Shown here: positions 58,874-64,000 of the stretch, piece after piece
How positions within the stretch are numbered: the stretch's first letter is position 1
How the letters are laid out: each line of letters opens with the position of its first letter
NCBI GenBank assembly: GCA_051313645.2
Contig: JBNRSN020000022.1
Coordinates: 27,156,001-27,220,000 of the forward strand
DNA: 64,000 nucleotides
Direction: 5' to 3'
Origin: Centroscyllium fabricii
Lineage: Eukaryota
Made by a program: the position numbers and the translations under genes
Notes under the pieces: generated by a model
The model's database searches: none
What the model was told of the DNA's origin: nothing
Seen by the model: only the letters and a program-made list of their open reading frames with translations

Positions 58874-61800
58874 GGGTGAAATTGGTCTTCAGTAACAGCA
58901 CAAAACGGGGAACAGCGAATCGGCTGCCTAATTTACATCCCACCCAATTATCGGCCTGTTTTACACACTGCCTAATTATTGGCCTGTTTTACACAACGCC
59001 CAATTATCGGCCTGTTTACACCCCGTCCAATTATTGGCTTGTTATACACCCCACCCAATTATCGGCCTGTTTCATACCCCGCCCAATTATCAGCCTGATT
59101 AATACCCCGCCCAATTATTGGCTTGTTATACTATACACCCCACCCAATTATTGACTTGTTATACACCCCACCAATTATCAGGCTGTTTGACACCTCGCCC
59201 AATTATCAGCCTATTTTACGTCCGCCAAATATCGGCCTCTTTTACACTTTGCCCAATTTTCGGTCTGTTTTACACCCCGCCCAATTATCAGCCTGATTAA
59301 TACCTCGCCCAATTATCAGCCTGATTAATACCTCGCCCAATTATCAGCCTATTTTACGTCCACCCAATTATCGGCCTGTTTAACACCCCACCCAATTATC
59401 GGCCTGTTTTACGTCCACCCAATTATCAGCCTGATTAATACCTCGCCCAATTAGCGGCCTGTTTCATACCCCGCCCAATTATCGGCCTGTTTCATACCCC
59501 GCCCAATTATCAGCCGGTTTAACACCTCGCCCAATTATTGGCCGGTTTAACACCTTGCCCAATTATCAGCCTATTTTACACCTCGCCCAAATTTCGGTCT
59601 GTTTTACACCTTGCCCAATTATGAGCCAGATTGATACCTCGCCGAATTATCGGCCTGTTTTACACCCCGGCCAATTATCAGCCTGTTTTACGTCCACCCA
59701 ATTATTGGCTTGTTTTATACCCTGCCCAATTTTCGGCCTGTTTCATACATCGCCCAAATTTCGGTCTGTTTTACACCTTGCCCAATTATCAGCCTGATTA
59801 ACACCCCGTCCAATTATCGCTCTGCTATACGCCCTGCCCAATTATCGGACTGTTATACACTCCGCCCAATTATCAGCCTGATTAACACATCACCCAATTA
59901 TTAGCCTTCTATACACACCACCCAATTATCGGCCAGATTTACACCCTGCCCAATTATCGGCTTGTTATACACCCCGCCTTATTATTGGCGGGCTTTACAC
60001 ACATCCAATTATTGGCCTGTTATACAACTGCCCAATTATCGGTCTGTTTTATACCCTGCCCAATTATCAGCCTGATTAATACCTTGCCCAATTATCAGCC
60101 TGTTTGACACCCCGCCCAATTATCAGCCTGTTTTTCAAACCCGCCCAATTATCGGCCTGTTTAACGCCTCACGCAATTATCAGCCTATTTTACGTCCACC
60201 CAATTATCAGCCTGTTTTACACTTCGCCCAATTTTCGGTCTGTTTTACACCCGCCCAATTATCGGCCTGTTTTACACCCACCCAAATATCAGCCTGATTA
60301 ATACTTCACCCAATTATCAGCCTGTTTAACACCTCGCCCAATTATCAGCCTGTTTTACGTCCACCCAATTATCGGCCTCTTTAACACCTCGCCCAATTAT
60401 CAGCCTGATTAACACCCTGCCCAATTATCGGCCTGTTTTATACCTCACCCAATTATCGGCCTGTTTTACACCCTGCCCAATTATCAGCCGGTTTAACACC
60501 TCGCCCAAATTTCGGTCTGTTTTACACCTTGCCCAATTATCAGACTGTTTTACACACACCCAATTATGAGCCAGATTGATACCTCGCCCAATTATCAGCC
60601 TGTTTGACACCCTGGCCAATTATCAGCCTGTTTTTCAAACCCGCCCAATTATCGGCCTGTTTAACACCTCGCCCAATTATCAGCCTGTTTTGCACCCCGG
60701 CCAATTATCGGCCTGTTTAACACCTCGCCCAATTATCAGCCTGTTTGACACCCCGCCCAATTATCGGCCTGTTTCATACCTCGCCCAATTAGCAGCCTGT
60801 TTAACACCTCGCCCAATTATCGGCCTGTTTCATACCTCGCCCAATTATCGGCCTGTTTAACACCTCGCCCAATTATCAGCCTGTTTTGCACCCCGGCCAA
60901 TTATCGGCCTGTTTAACACCTCGCCCAATTATCAGCCTGATTTACGTCCACCCAATTATCGGCCTGTTTCATACCTCGCCCAATTATCAGCCTGTTTGAC
61001 ACCCTGTCCAATTATCGGCCTGTTTTTCAAACCCGCCCAATTATCAGCCTGATTAACACCCCGCCCAATTATCGGCCTGTTTTACACCCCGCCCAATTAT
61101 CGGCCGGTTTAACACCTCGCCCAATTATCAGCCTGTTTTATGTCCACCCAATTATCGGCTTGTTTTATACCCTGACCAATTATCGGCCTGTTTCATACCC
61201 GGCCCAATTATCGGCCTGATTAACACCCCGCCCAATTGTCGACCTGTTCTACACCCGCCCAATTATCGGCCTGTTTCATACCCCGCCCAATTATTTGCCT
61301 GTTTTACACCCCGCCCAATTATCGGCCTGTTTTACAGCCCACCCAATTATCGGCCTGTTTAAGGCCTCGCCCAATTATCAGCCTATTTTACGTCTGCCCA
61401 AATATCGGCCTCTTTTAGACTTCGCCCAATTTTCGGTCTGTTTTACACCTTGCCCAATTATCGGCCTGTTTTACACCCACCCAATTATCGGTCTGTTTTA
61501 CACCCACCCAATTATCAGCCTGATTAATAGCTCGCCCAGTTATCAGCCTGTTTGACACCCCGGCCAATCACCAGCCTGTTTTGCACCCCAGCCAATTATC
61601 GGCCTGTTTAACACCTCGCCCAATTATCAGCCTGTTTTACGTCCACCCAATTTTCGGCCTGTTTCATACCTCGCCCAATTATCAGCCTGATTAACACCCC
61701 GCCCAATTATCGGCCTGTTTCATACCTCACCCAATTATCAGCCTGTTTTACGTCCACCCAATTTTCGGCCTGTTTCATACCCTGACCAATTTTCGGCCTG

Positions 61801-62986
61801 TTTCATACCTCGCCCAATTATCAGCCTGATTAACACACCGCCCAATTATCGGCCTGTTTAACACCCGCCCAATTATCAGCCTATTTTACATCCGCCCAAT
61901 TATCGGCCTGTTTTACACCCACCCAATTATCAGCCTATTTTACATCTGCCCAATTATCAGCCTGATTGATACCTCGTCCAATTATCGGCCTGTTTTACAT
62001 CCACCCAATTCTCGGCTTGTTTTATACCCTGCCCAATTTTTGGCCTGTTTCATACCTCGCCCAATTATCAGCCTGATTAACACCCCACCCAATTATCGCC
62101 CTGCTATACGCCCTGCCCAATTATCGCACTCTTATACACTCCGCCCAATTATCGGCCTGATTAACACATCACCCAATTATTGGCCTTCTATACACCCGCC
62201 CAATTATCGGCCTGTTTTATACCTCACCCAATTATCGGCCTGTTTTTCAAACCCGCCCAATTATCAGCCTATTTTACGTCCGCCCAATTATCAGCCTGAT
62301 TAATACCTTGCCCAATTATCGGCCTGTTTGACACCCCGCCCAATTATCGGCCTGTTTAACGCCTCATGCAATTATCAGCCTATTTTACATCCACCCAATT
62401 ATCAGCTTGTTTCACACCCACCCAATTATCAGCCTGATTAATACTTCGCCCAATTATCAGCATGTTTTGCATCGTGGCCAATTATCGGCCTGTTTAACAC
62501 CTCGCCCAATTATCAGCCTGTTTTACGTCCACCCAATTATCGGCTTGTTTTATACCCTGCCCAATTTTCGGCCTGTTTCATACATCGCCCAATTATCAGC
62601 CTGATTAACACCCCGCCCAATTATCAGCCTGATTAACACCCCGCCCAATTATCGGCCTGTTATACACCCGCCCAATTATCGGCCTGTTGTACACCCGCCC
62701 AATTATCGGCCTGTTATACACCCGCCCAATTATCGGCCTGTTATACACCCTGCCCAATTATCAGCCTGATTAACACCGCTCAATTATCGGCCTGATTAAC
62801 ACCCCGCCCAATTATCGGCCTGTTTTACACCCGCCCAATTATTGAACTGTTTTATACGTCACCCAATTATTGGCCTGTTTTATACCCTGCCCAATTATCT
62901 TTTCAAAAGAAAATTGTGAGGGGAATAAACGGGCTACCAATTCACTATTACCCGCTTTGTACTATCGCCAAAGATCAATTTCACCC
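58874..62986. mobile_element. Fold-back MITE whose interior is expanded into a 4-kb array
   Basis: Imperfect TIRs of about 60 bp: gggtgaaattggtcttcagtaacagcacaaaacggg versus the reverse complement of the right end, gggtgaaattgatctttggcgatagtacaaagcggg. Confidence 0.8.
58935..62900. repeat. 28-bp minisatellite (CCCAATTATCRGCCTGTTTTACACCCCG), about 140 units
   Basis: Visible tandem array with higher-order block copies (59822 versus 62101). Confidence 0.97.
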
Positions 62987-63349
62987 ACTATTTCTAAAAA
63001 ATCCCATGGGGAAATGTGTTTGTACAAGAGTGCCCTCCAACCTGGCAAAAACATATCAATAGCTTTTCAGATTTCCCCATTTTATCCCCTGGTCTCCAGG
63101 CAGTACAGACTTGATGAGGTACAGTTTCATGGGTTCTAGCCGTGCCCCCAATAGCCAGTTTTTAGGCATCTGCCTAGATAGTGTTGGCAGGTTATATGTT
63201 CAGGTGGAGGGGTCAGGGGGCAAAGTTGAATCTGATTCTGTTCTTATCTGGCATCCGTGAACACGCACACACACTCGCACACAGACATACACCCAGACAC
63301 AAACATTCAGACATATTCACGCACTCAGACATACTCACACACATGCAGT

Positions 63350-63726
63350 GGTGGGGGTGGTTTACTGGGTAGCTTGTTGGGCCTGGAGGAAGCATTCCTG
63401 CTCCTCCTGGCCCACAAACAGTACTTACCTCATGGATTCAACCCTTCTTGCCTCCTGGCACCTGCTGGGTTTCCGAGGTCGGGGAAAGCAGGCCAAAATA
63501 AATTGAAACTAAACTCAATATTAAAATTAAGGCAAGCAGCCTCATTATATTTAAATGACTAACCCGCTTCCAGCAAGCGGTTTGGTTGTCCGTTCCTTGA
63601 CCAGTGTCCGTTTGAACCGGTAGTGGGCGGGTTCGAGGCATGTTCGGTTCCTGTTTCAGATTTTCTGCATTTTAACCTCTGACACGATCCTAACCCATCC
63701 ATTTTTGGGTGTTAAGAGTTAGCCCA
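63350..63726. mobile_element. Partial MITE between CA-rich microsatellites
   Basis: GC-rich cccgc/gcggg motifs and a gttaagagttagccc terminus; only one end recognisable. Confidence 0.4.
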
Positions 63727-64000
63727 CACACTCACACTCAGACACACGCACTCGCACTCCAACATACGCACTCACTCACATTCCCAGCAGAAGCCACTGC
63801 ATATTGATACTGTGTAGACCTGATTTTTTAAACACTCCTCCCAAGAGAAGGCCGCTGAGGCCAAATGTAGTATCTACCCCTATCATCGCTGGAGCGGAGA
63901 CCAGTCAAGTCCACATGGACTGGGGATCGAAGCAGGTTCTTCCTGGTCTGTATGGTTCAGTTCCACATCTAATGATGTCTGCCACTGAGCTATCAGGGGT

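Noticed and set aside
58935-62900. CRISPR-like look (constant core plus variable segment)
   Set aside because: Variable parts are only about 10 nt, mutually similar and recurrent; eukaryotic intron with no cas genes.

Overview
Vertebrate (very probably shark/chondrichthyan, judged from its SINE/LINE families) genomic DNA. It holds eight minus-strand exons of a LAR-family receptor tyrosine phosphatase, best matching PTPRS: the 27-nt mini-exon C, FNIII repeats, the furin-site exon and the transmembrane exon, with splice phases that join in frame. The introns are packed with mobile DNA: an intact 4.47-kb CsRN1-type Gypsy element (one 1267-aa ORF, LTRs about 98% identical), a 10.9-kb degenerate class I (epsilon-like) endogenous retrovirus, five solo LTRs, CR1/L2 LINE pieces, V-SINE, DeuSINE and LF-SINE-like copies, Harbinger and Tigger-like MITEs, Penelope-like ends and about eight tandem arrays. 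The most unusual signals are in or beside the ERV: (1) a nested Penelope-type hairpin with a dense, hairpin-confined A>G excess that looks like ADAR editing fixed in the genome; (2) a putative 2H-phosphoesterase between protease and RT; (3) an env TM subunit with an ASLV/filovirus-type internal fusion loop; (4) a UGA-CUAG gag-pol readthrough site; (5) an LTR fold-back centred on an 18-nt tRNA-Trp PBS. All calls were read by eye with no database searches. Family names for repeats are from recalled consensus features, and boundaries of old repeats are approximate.
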